This document shows, piece after piece, positions 37,031-51,660 of a stretch of 64,000 bases of DNA. Numbering within the stretch: the first letter of the stretch is position 1; each line of letters begins with the position of its first letter. The position numbers and the translations under genes were made by a program. Source of the DNA: Mobula hypostoma (Eukaryota); contig NC_086109.1 of assembly GCF_963921235.1 (NCBI RefSeq), positions 30,134,001 through 30,198,000 on the forward strand, read 5' to 3'. Under the pieces are notes generated by a model. It ran no database searches, was not told the DNA's origin, and worked only from the letters and a program-made list of their open reading frames with translations.

Positions 37031-38204
37031 ACATTGACTGTGGGTAACTTAGGGCTGCAGTGCTGGGGATGGTGGCTTGGGAAAAACCATTGATATTGGT
37101 TTGCCATAGGTGATATATTTCCAGCCCCTAGTGTTCTGGTTCTCAGATGAATAAAGAGAAGTGATCATTGCTGCCCTATAGATCACAAGTTATGTGGCAG
37201 GTCCAAGGTCTTGAATTTCAAATACTTCTTTCCCTTAGTCCTCCAAGGGCTGTGCTAGTACATTAAAGCCAGTGGGGAATTTGCATCTTATTCTATGTTC
37301 TGTCATTTGAGATAATTAACAGATGCAAATTAAAATATTCAGGGATGTTCTTAAAGCTTAAAGGTTGCAGCATTCTGAAGCCCTGTGCAAGTAATGGAGG
37401 GAGTGCACTACGACACAAGAGACCAACCTGCATATCCTGTCAATCGCCATCTGGTCCATCTGTGAAAGAGTTGTGGTTCCCACATTAGTAAGGGATTTAT
37501 TTCTATTCTGTTTAGGATATTTTAGTGGAAAAAATTTCAGTCTCGTATCTATTAATTACAAGCACTTTTTTTTCTTACAGTTTATCTTTGAATAAATAAC
37601 CCATGCTTATGTATTCATAGATTGGTAGCAGTTTATCTCAGTGAAACCTCTTCCCTAATGCCCGTGGACAGTTCTTCCATCCTTTCTTAAAGGGAACATC
37701 TTTTAGTTTGGTATTTATTTCCATCATAGAGCCTCTTATTATTTTTTTTTACCCTTTTTTGAAACACTGAAAATCAGAACTAGGCAGAACTTTCTTACCC
37801 AGTGTATTCTGGAACCTTGATATAGTCTCTGCTTGAATGGGTTTAATTTTCCATAGCATTTAAAAAAAAACCTGCCCAAAAGTCTGGACAAGATGCCTAC
37901 ATCTCTTGGCTCTTTTCTAAATCTTTTTGTTTTAATTCTGTTTGTGCTTCAGTTTCTGTTTTCTTATCTAATAATCATAAGTGAAAGATTTATCTGATTT
38001 TTAAAAAAATTATTCAGCAGCCTCTGTTCAGCAAGGGTTTATAGTTGCCCCTCAGGAGAACTGGCTTGATATTTAATGAAGTGTTGTGCCACTTTTTCCT
38101 GTTAGTTACAATTACATTACTGTTTTTCTTTTAGTGGAATCTTCTTTTAAAACCTGGTAATGTGATATTTGCAGACATTTTCGTGATGCAGCAATTGTGG
38201 TTTT

Positions 38205-38598
38205 ATGAGGGGTGACCTCTTTGAGACCTATTGAATGGTGAAAAACTGTGATAGAGTGGATGTGGAGAGGATGTTTCCTATGGTGGAAGAGTCTAAGACC
38301 AGAGGGGGCAGCCTCAGAATAGAGGAGCGGCCTTTTAGAACAGAGATGAGGAGGAATATCTGTAGCCAGAGAATGGTGAATCTGTGGAATTCTTTGCCAC
38401 AGACAACTGTGGAGGCCAAGCCTTTATGTACATTTAAGGCAGAGGTTGATAGATTCTTGATTGGTCAGGGCATGAAGGGATAGAGGGAGAAGGCAGGAGA
38501 CTGGGACTGAGTGGAAAATTGTATCAGCTATGATGAAATGGTGGAGCAGACTGGATGGGCCAAAAAGCCTAATTCTGCTCCAATATCTTATGGTCTTG
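38205..38598 (+). mobile_element. CR1 3' fragment
   Basis: DRVDVERMFPMVEESKTRG..LRI..RPFRTEMRRN..SQRMVNLWNSLPQ; ends gcctaattctgctccaatatcttatggtctt. Confidence 0.88.
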
Positions 38599-39779
38599 TG
38601 TCATATGAATAAAACAAAATGGCACATTAGCGCACTTTAGAGCTAGTTTAATAAAGATCTAGTGGGTTATTTTTATGAATATGCATTAAGTCAGAAATCT
38701 CTGGCCCAGTGCTTTGTAGCTGGATATCTCCAGAATGTTTAGATTTTTTAATACCTTTAGCTTTGTTTTTAAAAACTTCCAACATTTTTAGTTTCTTCAA
38801 ATAAATTATGGAAAATATTTGCTGTTATAATTGTGTTGTAATTTACGTGAACCAGCTTCAAAAATCACTTTGTCTTTCAGGGACAGAATATTGTCTCAAT
38901 GCTCATAAAAGTTATTGAATGGCAAAAGTCGTATATTTTAAATTGAACTATGCAATCACAGTAAGTCCAAAGTAGGATAAAGTCTTTTAAAGTTACTAAT
39001 TATAGATCTACTGTGAGGAAACTTATGTATAATTCAAAGAGAAGAATAGAGGTGTGACATTATATTGTGCTTCTTACAATATCAGCATTCCCAAACCTTG
39101 TAACACAACAGAAGTGTTTTGATAAATAGTCATTATTCAAATGGAATATTTGGATTAATGCTCTTTATTAATGTAGTAATTCAGTAAACTAAGTGTGGTT
39201 GTATAAGGTAAAATACTTTTTCAATACCCCCCATTTAATTATATGACAAATGTACCAGTGACCCTTAACTTGTTGGTGGCCTGCTCTTGGACAATGTTGC
39301 TACTACCAGGCATTTTGGAAAAGCTCCTTAGTGAGAAGATGGCTCCTGGCACATCAGCTTAGTGTAGTTTTGTGCAATGATGAGCTTCCCCCAGCTCAAG
39401 TGGCAAGATGGGCTTTTCTTGAAGGCGCACAAACTATCAAAGCTATCAGTGAAGTTAAAGATTTATGAATGTCTTGAATAATCACAAACAGGTAGAAATA
39501 CCCGGAAACTTTTAAAATGGCAATTACTTAAAAATAAAGTTACTGAGCTATTTAAAAAACTTTAAAACATACATTTCAGGGCAATTATATACATTTACTG
39601 GACTATTTTAAATCAAAGGAAGAGGTCCACTTGCAGTTTACCTGGCAGTTCATTCTTCCGTTGATTTCACTGCAGTCTTTGTATTTATGCCAGCTTTAAC
39701 CTGGCACAGGCTCAGTGGGCAGATTTCCCAGCCCAATATTTTGAATATTATTTACAAAAATTCCTTAATCTGTAACTTT

Positions 39780-40440
39780 TAGAATGTGGAACTTTACAGT
39801 GCAGGAACAGATTATTCATCTCAAGATTTCTGTGCTGATCACGGTAATTTAAACGAATCCTATCTGCCTGCACATGGCCTAAAATCCTTCCATTTTCCGA
39901 CTTGTCGTATGCCTGTTTAAATCCTTCTTAAATGTCATGCCTGTTTAACCACTACCCTGATGGAACATACTGACACTTAGAACTCTCCATTTCAAACAAA
40001 AAAGGCCATATTTTCCCTCCAAACTTTCCCCCTTCATCTTAAAACTATGCCCACTAGTATTTGATATTTACACACTGATGGAAAAACTCTGAACTGTATC
40101 TCCTATACTTTATTTACTTCAATCAGATCATCTCCCAACCTCTGATGCTCCAGAGAAAGTAATCCATATTTGTTTATCCTCTCCCTGTAGCCAATGCTCT
40201 CTAATCCAGGCAACATCCTGGTGAATCTCATCTGCACGATTTCTGTAATTTAGTGACTGGAACTGAATGCAGTGCTCAAATGCGGCCTTGTCAAAGTTTT
40301 GTACTGCTGCAACGCAACTTGTCACTGTTACCCTCAGTGCCTCAATCAATGAATGCAAGTACACAATAAGCCTTCTTTACCTTCCTTTCTATATGTAGTC
40401 ACTTTCAGGGAGCCACAAATGCACCCAGAGATGCCCTTGT
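39780..40440 (-). mobile_element. Decayed CR1 3' fragment
   Basis: Degenerate LVRPHLE.CIQF and RMLPGL-like segments on the - strand. Confidence 0.7.
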
Positions 40441-40454
40441 ACATCAGTACTTGC

Positions 40455-41005
40455 AGTAGATATGCTGGAGAGATCATCCTAACATGCTGCATCACTGCAT
40501 GGAAACTGCACTGCAACAGAGAGGAAGGATCTACAACGTGTAGTCAAAACTGCCCAATGCATCACTGGCAACAGCCTACCTGCCATCAAAAACTTGTATA
40601 CAGAAAAGTGCTGGAAAAAGGCCAGCGAGATCATAAAGGATTCCACCCACCCTGCTCATTAACTTTGTCTCACTCCCACCAGGGAGGACGCTGCATAAAA
40701 TCCACATCAAGACCACCATACAGTTACTTTCCCCAAGCAGTAAGGCTAATTTCTGCTGCCCCACAAACACCAGCTCTTTATCATTTCTTGTCAGTCATCC
40801 TAGGTGCAGCCACTCCTATACCTAATGTTGTTTTATGGATATACAATCCATCTGTGTATATAAGCTATCTTATGTATTTATATTTATTGTGTTTTTTAAA
40901 AATTATGTTCTTTACTATATTATGGCTTTTTTGTGTTACATTGGATACAGAGTAATAATTATTTTATTCTTTGCACTTGTGTACTGGAAATGACATTTAA
41001 CAAGT
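40455..41005 (+). mobile_element. Rex/Babar 3' fragment
   Basis: ILTCCITAW and SYFPQAVRLI; tail cacttgtgtactggaaatgacatttaac. Confidence 0.75.
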
Positions 41006-41984
41006 TAACTTATCAGTCAATGTTTTACTTTCCAGCTGAAATGGTTTCACTCATCTCCTAAAAAAAACCAAGTTGTCACAATACTTAGTACCTTACATCT
41101 GCATGCTTCAAGGCCTTGCAGACATCATTAATCAAAACCTTATATATACTTACTAAAATGTATGCTCAATATGAGGACTGTAAGCAGGCAACTCCATTCC
41201 AAGTAAAAATATCTGTTTTTAACCCTCTCATTGCACTAATATGATTCTGTGGTGTTTTGGTACACTGACCAATATTTATCTCTTCAAGAATGTTTGTGAA
41301 GATTGGCTTACAGCTACCTTTGTTATGAAAGTAACTCAATCTTTCAAGTACTTTGACTGTAATGCACTTTAGGAAATCTTGAAGATGTGAATAGCAATAT
41401 ACTTAATTCAGACTTTGGTGATTATAGTGTGTAACTCCTAGTCTATCACCAATATGATTAAATTTCTCCTTCCCTAGAGATGAGGGAAGAGTTCATTTGA
41501 TCTTATTTGAAAATAACCATGATTTATTCTGAAAATGGTTTCCCAACCCCCCCCCCAAAAAAAAAGTGTTTGCTTAAATTTTGGCTGGTGCCTGGAATGA
41601 TGGCAGAATGCAGGTTTTGTGATCAATATACTCTGCCTCACAGTAATTATAAGATACATAATTTGTAATGGATAATATCTTGTTGAGATCAAGCCATATT
41701 AGTAATATATATGGATAAGCATTAGTGACCTTTGAATTCTGTACAACAGATCACCACAAATTGTTTCCTTTTAAGGTTGTTTCTAGTTATAGGTTATCAG
41801 AAAAGATGTGCTGGTGTTTTTCTTTTAACATTAATGATATACTTTGTGCTTGAAACAGAGCTTATAAAGGTTTCAGCATTATTGAGATCGGAATATTTGT
41901 ACTGTACTTTATGTACGAGAAATAATTGCAATTTTGACTGGTGGTTTCATTCTGCAAACAGAAAAGAATAGGGAATTAAACATA

Positions 41985-42865
41985 AGAGATTCTACAGATG
42001 TTGAACAACATACACAAAATGTTGGACAAACTCAGCAGGTTAAGCAGCACCTATGGAGGGGAACAAACAGTTGATGGTTCAGGACGGGACCCTTCCTCAG
42101 GACTGGAAAGGAAAGAGACAGAATGAAAAGGTAGGAGAAGAGACAGGAAGTGGGTACAAGCTGGCAGTTGATAGCTGAGATCAGGTGAAGGGGAAGGGAG
42201 GGTAGGGGCGGTGGAAAGAAGGAAGAAGCTAGGATGGGATAGATGGAAAGACTGAAGAAGGAGGAATCTAATAGAGGACAATGGGAGAAAGGAAAGGAAG
42301 AGGGGAACAAGTGGGGAGTAATAGGCAGGTGAGAAGAGAAGGGTGAGAGCGTAACCAGAATGGGGATTGGAAAAGGGGAGGAGGAAGGAAGGGGGAGAAA
42401 TTACCAGAAGTTGAAGAAATCCATGTTCGTGTTATCAAATTGGAGACCACCCAGACAGAATATGATATATAGCTCCTCCAACCTGCCAATAGTATCCACA
42501 CCAGGACCTCATTTTGCCGCTAAATAAGGCCATGAACAGACATGGGGGAATGGGATAGCCACTGGGAAATCTTTTCTATCCAACATATCATTCTTCAGAA
42601 GTTCTGCCATCTCCAGTGGGATCCTACCACTAAGCACATCTCTCCACCCTTCTTGCTTTCTGTAGGGATTGCTCTCTATGTGACTCCCTTGTCCACTCAT
42701 TCCCTCCTTACTGATCCCCCTGCTGATACTTGCCACTTATCCCTGCAAGTGGGACAAGTGGTACACCTGTCCCTTGCCCTTCCTCCCTTCCACCTTTCAG
42801 GGCCCCAGACAGTCCTTCCAGGTAGGTGAAGCAACATTTAACCTAAGAGTCTGTTGGGGTCATCT
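41985..42865. mobile_element. Older Penelope remnant in two orientations (- ~41985-42575, + ~42578-42865)
   Basis: The - arm carries the terminal repeat with CTGAGGA...GAACCATC (degenerate hammerhead) and the GIY-YIG end. The + arm gives IQHIILQKFCHLQWDPTTKHI and QGPRQSFQV, matching ORF 13861..14655. Confidence 0.85.
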
Positions 42866-43534
42866 CCCCAGCCTACAATTAAGTATTTACCTCGTGGCCA
42901 GAATATTTTTCCCTTGGGTTGTGTTCATAATTGCATTACTGCTTGTGAGCCATGCACAAATGCATTCTGCTCTCTCTTTATTCAGTGATTTCCAAATTAA
43001 TTAATTAGTGTAAAATGCAGACATTCTGAGCGAATATAAAGAAAATGAAGAATCCTGTTTATTTTCAATTCATTTTCATTATGTCATTACACATTTTAGA
43101 AACTTGCTTTATGCAAATTGGTTGCAGTTCTTTACAATACTGTAATGTCTGCATTTCAAAAGTAATTTTTTGGCTTTAGAGAGCTTTGGAATTTCTAAGG
43201 ACATGAAAGATTAAGTATAGGTGTTTTCAATCTTTGCAGATTGGAGCAGCTGTGTGAGTGCAAATATTTCCCGTTATTTATACCCATTTTTCTTCACATT
43301 AATAGGTGTCTTTTCGATAGGGCGCATTTGTTGATAATATAATGTTAAAAAAAATGTGATAAATTGCCAAGACCACTTATGCTGGGTACTCTGTTTTAGT
43401 AATGCAGACCTGTGCTGCTTTTCTATTACTTAAGTAGCAGTTTGTCTTGGTTGCTTGTTTGCAATTCCAGCCAAAGAAACCTTTGGGAAGTGTCCAAAGT
43501 GCTTTCCATATAAAGATCTTTGTTTGCCATTTTT

Positions 43535-44300
43535 TCATTCATTTGGCATGAACATTGCTGACAAGGGTACCTCTCGGTTACTGGATTGAACCACTGCATA
43601 TAATAAGGGTACTCCCTTCGTGCTGCTTGGTTAAAGCTTTCATGGATTTATACCTTGCAGCAATAAATGAAAGTTGATTCATCTACAAATGGTGTTTGGG
43701 ATCTACAATGGTGGCATTCCTGTGTTTCATTCCCAGCACTCCCCCCCTTATATTTGTGACAGATTTTCAGATTTGTGACATTCTGTCGAAGAAGCCCTGA
43801 CAAGTTGCTGCTATGCATTTGGTAGATGATGCACACTGCTAACTTGGTGCTTTAGAAGTGGAGGGGGTGAATTTTTAGGGAGCTAAATGGTATGCAGATT
43901 GTTTATCCAAATGGTGTTGAACTATTGGAATTGTACCCTACCAAACTGTTTCTTTATGTGTCTGAATTCTACCTTGTAGGTGGTAGTAAGATTTCGGGTA
44001 GTCAAGAGGTGAATCATTCAGCACCTGATAGACAGGCCATGACTGCTTGCAGTGATAGTTGTAATGGTCAGTTAAGTGATCTGTTTCTGCACAATTGTGG
44101 CTGGTGACTTTTTTCCACCTTCCACCCCTCCTCGCCATCCCCCAGATGCTGGAGGTCCAAGAGAGGAGCATCACATTGATAAAGCTGTTGAATGGCAACT
44201 GCAGGAGTTGGTAATTTTCTTGCACTTATATTGGCGAGAGGTGGTTTTCTATTTTACTTCTCATCCTGAATGTTATATTGGTGTTCTGCATACACATGTA
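43535..44300 (-). mobile_element. Highly decayed CR1/L2-group LINE remnant
   Basis: Weak similarity to the 34720-34890 fragment and to the + strand pieces at 45990-46340 and 47100-47545. Confidence 0.4.
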
Positions 44301-45116
44301 GTCTGCTTTATTGTCAGATAACTTGTGTATAGAAAGGAACTGTTCCCACTTCTGACCTTATCATGGAGATCTTTGATGAAGCAAGATATTGCCTTGAGGA
44401 GTTCCTGCAGCAATATCCTGAAACAGAGATAATTGGCCTTCAACATCCAGCCAGAGCTGAGTCTTTCCTTTGAATCCTGTTAACTGGGGCTGCTTGTTGT
44501 CACATTTTTCAAATGCATACTTGACGGCAGGAGCAGTCACTCCCCACATGCATCTGGAAATCAGGTTTTTTTTTCATATCTGTATTGAGGCCTTTATGGA
44601 AGGTTAGACCCAGCAAAACCCACTCACGGTGCACTACAGAGACCAAAGAAGGTGAGAAACAAAAGAGGCAGAAATGGATTTGGGTAAGCCAGTTAGTAAC
44701 AGAGGTAAAGAGACCAAAGTTTGCAGGAAAAATATCATCAATTAAACAGAACCAGAAGTGAGGCAGTTGCTGTTTGTAAGCATGTTAAGTTTTTCCTTGT
44801 CATATGTACCAGGTCAGGTGCCATGCACAATAATTTCTAAATCGCCTGATGAATTTCCCACATTTTAATATTAATTTTTTGAAATAAGTGTTGCGGAGTT
44901 ATGCCCTATATTATGCTATAAGTAATCCTTATAGCCTTAAAGCATCAACATTTGTTACATAAAGTATTGAAAGTAGTTAGAAATCCTAGTCAGCAATACT
45001 GCATTGATATTGAATTGCAAAAAAAAACAGTAGATGCTGGAAATCAGGAGTTACAAAAATGTTGGAGATAACAAGTTGGGTAGCATCTTGGAAGAATCAT
45101 TAATTGGAACCTGATG

Positions 45117-45283
45117 TAGATAGATAGATAGATAGATGTTTGTAGGTAGACATACTTTATTGGTCCCGAGGGAAATTGGGTTTCGTTACAGTTGCACCAA
45201 CCAAGAATAGAGTATAAATATAGCAGTATAAAACCATAAATAATTAAATAATAATATGTAAATTATGCCAGATGGAAATAAGT
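45117..45283 (-). mobile_element. Rex-type LINE 3' tail with (GATA)n
   Basis: (GATA)n followed by actttattggtcccgagggaaattggg...; compare 59893-59930. Confidence 0.65.
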
Positions 45284-45989
45284 GCTGGGTACCTGCAATA
45301 TTTGTATATATCCTTATGCTGCTACCTTATCTATATTCTAGCTTTAGCCAGATAGTTGTGATGTCTTGAAAAAAAATATATCTCAAAGAACTATTCCACA
45401 CATCATTCTTCTGAAACTTTGTGAGTTAAAATTGTGTGAATAATAAAACAGATTCAATTTTCTGTCAAAGTTCTGATAAATTTGAAAGTCAGTAGAGTAA
45501 TAAATACAAAACCAAAAGGAAAATATTGTTTTCTGATTAAATGTGACTATTCTCTTTATGTTATCACAATACTGAGCAGGGAGAGCAATTAAAAAAATAC
45601 CAATCTTCCATATACTTATAAATTTGATAATCTTAATCTTTTTCATTATTTTTGTCATTATTATTACTTTGGTTTTGATATAAACCAAGTTGTTTCAAAC
45701 ATGATTTGCTTTAGATTGTGTGCTTGAAATGTAGAGCAATTAGTGATTACAATACCCATTTTCCCCCCGATTTATTGTTTTAGAGTGCTATATTGCTGAT
45801 GTTGCTTTAAAGTAGAAACTTAAACTGGAGCAAGAACGATGTAGATAGTGTATGAAGTCAAAAGTTAGTGCAGTTTTGTGTCACTCACAGTAAAACTAGA
45901 GAAAGTTCTGATAGTGATTGGTTGCAGAAAATCCAAATTTGACCATCAAAAGGACTTTATAAGAATCCTCCAACCTTAAATTCCAAGAT

Positions 45990-47545
45990 GGAGGTGAGAA
46001 AAGCTTCCCTAGACATCAAAACAGCACTTGACATATTTTGATAAAACTGAAGTCAATTTTCATTGAATCAAAAAGATTCTAAAGGCTGGAGTCAAACCCT
46101 GCAGAAATGAAGGAGATTGTTGTTGCTAGAGTTGAATTATCCCAACTCAAGCAAAGTACTGTAGCAGTTTCTCAGTGCCGTATCTGAGGTCCAGTCATCA
46201 TTATCTTCAGTGAACTTCAATGGATCAGAAGTTTGGATGTTGGCTGATGATTGCATAATGTTCAGTTTTGTTTACCTGTCATAAACTCTGCAAATGAAAG
46301 GGTGCAACAAGAACTGGCCAACATCAGGCATGACTACTTCCAACAGAGTTGTTGCCAGTTAAGTGCAGCACACGATTAAACACATTGGGCAATGATATTG
46401 CCTACTTATTAATAGTATTTAGTTCAAACAGCTCAAAAGATTCTCTACATAGTTTCAAACAATTACTTAATCCTTTTGCAACTTCCAAAACCCATCACAT
46501 ATTCAAATATTACCCCTTTTGATGAACTTGGCTTAGATTTGAACTGAGGCTGTTGTTCTCAGAGCCTCAGACTCAGGGTTGTCTTCTTCATTGGTTGATG
46601 TCGGTAGTCATTACTGCTGTTATCTCATCAGACACCTTTGTATATATTTCTTCACATACCTTACAACCATTGCTTAGTTTATTGCCAACTATATGGCAGA
46701 AGTCCAGTTTTATTCATACAAGTATGTGCTTACTTAACTTCAAATTCCTGTTGTTGCAATTCAATGATGACCTCAACGATCAGTTCCTTAATTATCAGAG
46801 TGCTTGTGTTTTTGTAGTTTACCAGACTGTCCCTTTCACAAGCTGTCAGTTACCTAAACATTCTCATTCTCATTTACTTGTTCTGTTCTCCAGATGATTT
46901 GAGATAGCTCAGAGTTGAATGTAAAGCTATCTCAGCTATGTTCTCACGTCGACCAAGTGCCAAATCCATGACCAACCTTCCCTTCAATTTGTTTCTTTGT
47001 TCTTGGCGCCCAGCATCTTTCCTTCAAACCAGCAGAGTGTCCTCCCAAAGCCTGATGGGATTCTTGACATCTTTCTTTGGCTGCCACAAGGCACACGTTC
47101 CATTCATGTGCCTCTCTCAGCAACTATTAAGCTTGACACCATCCAGGACAGTGTGAAGTATGATGGGTACCATATCTGCCAGCCTAAACAGTCATTTGCC
47201 CTCTACTTGTGTGTAATGACTGATGTGTGTGCCATCAAAAAATACACAACTCTTACTCACCGGAGCCATATCTATAGTTGTCTCATAGACTCAAGAGACG
47301 GACTAAGGCAACAGGCACATGGAAAAATCACCTTCCTTCCAAATCACAAATAATTTTGACTTTGAAGCAACTACCAGCCCTTCTTGGTCTCTGGATCAAT
47401 ATACTGTATCCTGGAATTTTCCTACTGAGCAGCATTGTACAAGTACTTTCATTAGAAGGACTGCAGCAAGTTAGTCAGTGGTTCCCCTCCAATTTCTTAA
47501 GCACAGTTAGGGATAAGCAAAAATGCAATCCTTCTCAGCTGTGCC
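45990..47545 (+). mobile_element. Decayed CR1/L2-group LINE pieces (~45990-46340 and ~47100-47545)
   Basis: gacatcaaaacagcacttgac (DIKxAxD) and gctgatgattgc (ADDC); 3' end ggactgcagc...gcacagttagggataagcaaaaatgc. Confidence 0.5.
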
Positions 47546-48299
47546 CAGATACCAGAGCATAAATAAAGTTACAGAAATGATTAAGAACCTCAAATATCAT
47601 GTAAACAGTTATAGATTTAAAAAAAAATAAAATTTTGAACTATTTCAGTTATTAACATAAATATTTTACGCAGTAAACATGACATGCTTTTTTGAAGTGT
47701 CTATGTCTGATAACAAAACAAAACCTCAAAATCTATAACAGTAGGACTTAACATTGCTTAAATTCACATTAGGATAATTAACTTGATTTTGTGAAGTGGC
47801 TGGAGTAGTACTGAATTATTGGTTGTAATTGGTTAGCTGTATATTTTACAGTTGCTAGGATTTTGCTGAGTGATTAATGCAAGTAAAAAAGGGTCTCTGC
47901 TGTAACTGCACAAAATCTTGCCAGTGATTTTGTTTTGGTTATTTTGTTTCTAAAATGTTGATTTATGCTTGAGAATGCACTGGTTCTTTCCATTAGCTTG
48001 AAAACTGAATCGAATTATATATAGCATTCAGACAATGTTTGTATCAGTAGTCTTCAAAGAGTATAGATGATCATTGTCACATGAAACTAAAGTATAGTTG
48101 TTTCTTGTTATGAATATGTAATGCATTGTTATTATGTCATAATATTTCACATCTTGAAAGTTAGATAGAACCTGAAACAGATTTTCATACAGTGAAATCA
48201 AAAATGAGTCTTGTGGATTCCTGGGCATGACAGACTCTGTGAGCTTTGTGATGTGGATTTCCTGTGCTTCATATGAGTTGCTGTCAGGTGCCGACTCTG

Positions 48300-48440
48300 C
48301 ATTTACCAGCAGTGATGACTTTGAATTCGGCTGGGTCCCAGCCTGGGCAGCAGCAGTATCTGCATGGAAGAAAGGCTTGGCAATCTACTTCCATATCTAC
48401 TACACTATCCATAGTGTCGACATGACTCAACAACAACAGC
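48300..48440 (+). mobile_element. Possible RTE-tailed SINE or RTE 3' remnant
   Basis: gaagaaaggcttggcaatctacttcc...gtcgacatgactc(aac)n resembles RTE 3' tails as I recall them. Confidence 0.45.
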
Positions 48441-50599
48441 AGAGTGTCTGCTGGAGGTGGTGATTGTGTCTGATAAATTAGGAGCTTAGAGAGGCACATG
48501 GATGAAAGAAAAATGGAGGGTTATGGGCTATGTAGGAAGCCCACAAATTGATCCTTGAGTAGGTTAAAAGATTGGCACAAGACTGAGGGTCAAAGGGCAT
48601 GTAGTATGCTGTAATGTGCAAAATAGGATTATGTTGTAGGTTGATGATAATTTCCTAATCACATCAGTGAAAACAAAACAGTGCAATTTGTGGGGAGGGG
48701 GAAGCTGGGACAGGAAGTGTGGGATTAAGCATGAATCTCTGAGGCGGGGGATTGATGTTGATTTTCAAAGGAAGGTGCATAGTACTTGGAATGTAGCCAT
48801 TTACAATGTCAGTTAATAGTATTTTTCAGGTCAGTGAGATGAGGTTGAGAGATTTCATAGACAAATTAAGCTCCAAGAAGCTGTGAAAGAAGCAGGAAAA
48901 GAGCTTGAAAATAAAAATATTGGCTCATCATAGCAAAGTTGGGATACTGGGCTAAGGTTTGACCTGATATTCAAAAGCAACATAATAATATTGATTTCCA
49001 TATACCAAATTTGCTGATCCAAAATAATCTTTGCTTTTAGACTGGTGATTGTAGAGACTAATGCTACCAAAGAATATATAATTATCCTATTTCAAGGAGG
49101 ATAAATTTGATAATTCCTGAAAACAGCTGCAGTGGTTCTGATGAACAGTTAAATTTAATTGCATTATAGGCATTTGGGAGAGTTTCATGCTGGTGATTAC
49201 ATCCGCCCAACGCTAACCAGGAGGCCCTTAAATGTTCAGGAGGAATTGGAATTGATTGCAAGAGAAGTCAGTGCTAGCAGTTGAACCAAAGGTTCATGCT
49301 GCAAGAATATAAATTACCTTAGCGAAATCGTTTACAAAAACAGGTGCATCATAATTTATTTATTTCTGTATAGGATAGTTTAGAGGCTGCAAAAAATAAG
49401 GTTGGGCTGACGGTGGAGTGCCTGTGCATCTCTCCCCATGCAGGATATGGTACGCTTCATTATTGTGATCGCTGCTTTTCCTTTGGAAATTTGGAGTATT
49501 GTACCTAATCCTCTTCATACTCTTATCTTCCTCATGATCCATAACTTATTTTGATCTAGGTACTATAAAGTTTAAAGGAATGTACTTCCTACTTACCAAT
49601 ATGTTACAATATTACATTACTCTTGCAACACCTTCATTTCATCCAGCTCAAGATCTGTATCCTGCACTAAAAGAGCAGCAAGAGGAAAGTCATAAGGAAA
49701 CTCAGTTTTACAGCTGCGTTTGCATGGCGTGTAACTTCAGGGGCATCGTAGACAGCAGGATCTTCATATAGTACAATATTGGGTGCACATGGCCTGCAAG
49801 TGAGTCCCAGGGCAAGGAAAGAGTTGCTAGTTTTCTAGAGGGAGCAGTTTCCAATATAGCAGGAACAGCCACAGTGGAAACCCGGTCTGCTATTATTCGA
49901 GGTCATACCCATGCAATAGTGTCGTCTTTAGCTCACTTGTCTCGTTGCTGAGCTGGTATCTGTGTTGGAATGGCACAGCTCCATGGTGCATTAACCCATC
50001 AACCATAGAGCATTTATTCTTATCCCCTGCCACTCCACAAACACCTTATGGTTCTGCCTGTCAGCTATTCATTCTGGAACATTGCTGTTTCTGCTCAGAC
50101 CATCCTCTCCACGGTCAGCTTTTTTAGATCCAAAGCTCTTAAGGCTGCCTTTCCAGGCATTCATGTGAGATGGTGCTTTCTTTAGTCTTACCTTCCATAC
50201 CTCAAACTCCTTGAAGCTGCCACCTGAATTCACCTTTAAGAATCAGATGTGGCTCCTGCTATGCTACAGTTACAAGGAAAACTAGGATATGCACTAATGA
50301 ACATTTTTCTTATCTGTTAATTTCAATGTTTTTGAATAATTGATGCTTACTTAAACTACTATACCAGCAATAAAAAAAAAACTTAAAATTAAATCCAAGC
50401 CATAAACCATTAGGGCATAGGTACTAATACCGCAGGACAAATCCTGCGATTTTCTATGGAATATAATTGCTGACTATCATCAGTGCAAGGACCGTAGTGA
50501 ATCAAAAAGGTCCACCGGTATCTCTTGGCAAATTAATTATGCTAATATTGTTTTCATTCCAAGGACAAGATCAGAAACCTTACACAACTTCGAGTATTT

Positions 50600-51660
50600 G
50601 CCATTGGGAAAAATAAGATTGACATCTTTCTTGATCAGATTTTTGGAAGAGAAGTCTTGATTACTAAGCATAATAGGCGTTGAAGTCAGGGTAATAGCTT
50701 GCTCACGATTGTAGACTGGTGTTTATGAATGTTACATAGAAATGAGTTTTTTATGGGATTGACAGGTTAGTGAGTGTGGGAGAAAGCTGAAATATTTTTC
50801 ATTGTGGGGAGTGAAATAAGTGCCAATAGTTGCAATGTAAGGTCAAGTAAGACGAGGGGTGCTGAAATACTGCTGGTGTCAAGTGCTGAATACTCGTCCA
50901 GCATAGAACAATACAGAGTGACTGTAATTGTAATGGAATTGATTAATGGATTAATGAATGACCAATGAGGTAGTGGTGATGATGATCTCATAGAGATGTG
51001 TTCAATAAAGTTGATTTTGCTTCAGTGGTAGGTAGGAGTGGGTGTAAGGAGAAATTAGGGTAAATGGCAGCACTAAGAACTGATACTTAATGAAAGAATT
51101 CATCTTTCATGACAAGTTGTGTATTCTCATTGGTAAGACTACACTTCATATGATGATCTTGTACAAGTCATCTTGAACAATTTTAACATTGTTACATATT
51201 CCATCTGCAGACTCTGCACAGTGTATTTATTATTAGTTGACATTGACTAAATACTGCATATCTATGTTAGCTAGTTTCAACCCGTATCTGTTTGTTTTAT
51301 GTAGCAATATCTCATTAAAATGAATTATGCTAGACTGCCTAAACAATGGGGACTCTGGCATCCTGTTATCAATCATCATCCATGCATCTTGTTTGAAGAT
51401 ATCTAAGTCTGTACAATAATCATATACTTATCTCAGGAGCATAGGGAATTGATTAATCTCTCAAATGTTTTAGGAATATCAATTTGGAGCTTAGCGGTAG
51501 TAACTAAAAATAGAAGAATGCCAATCGAAAAGGTTTTCTCAGAATTCAAGTTCAGAATAGACAATGATGGAGGATGCGGATCTTTAGTTAGTAAAATAAA
51601 AAATCAATATTTTAGATTACCAAAGGTACTATTTTTCCACGGGGGCCATTAGGTGATAGA
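50600..51660 (-). mobile_element. Very old L1-clade RT remnant
   Basis: On the - strand, degenerate ILNLNSEKTF (LSLDAEKAFD-like, ~51530-51560), GC..SPL.F (~51340-51365) and SADG (YADD-like, ~51200-51215) occur in the expected order. Confidence 0.45.

Noticed and set aside
42068..42105. Functional hammerheads in the older copies (also 16820-16856 and 24124-24145)
   Set aside because: The GAAA box or cleavage-site region is mutated or missing (e.g. GAACCAUC), so these are treated as decayed.
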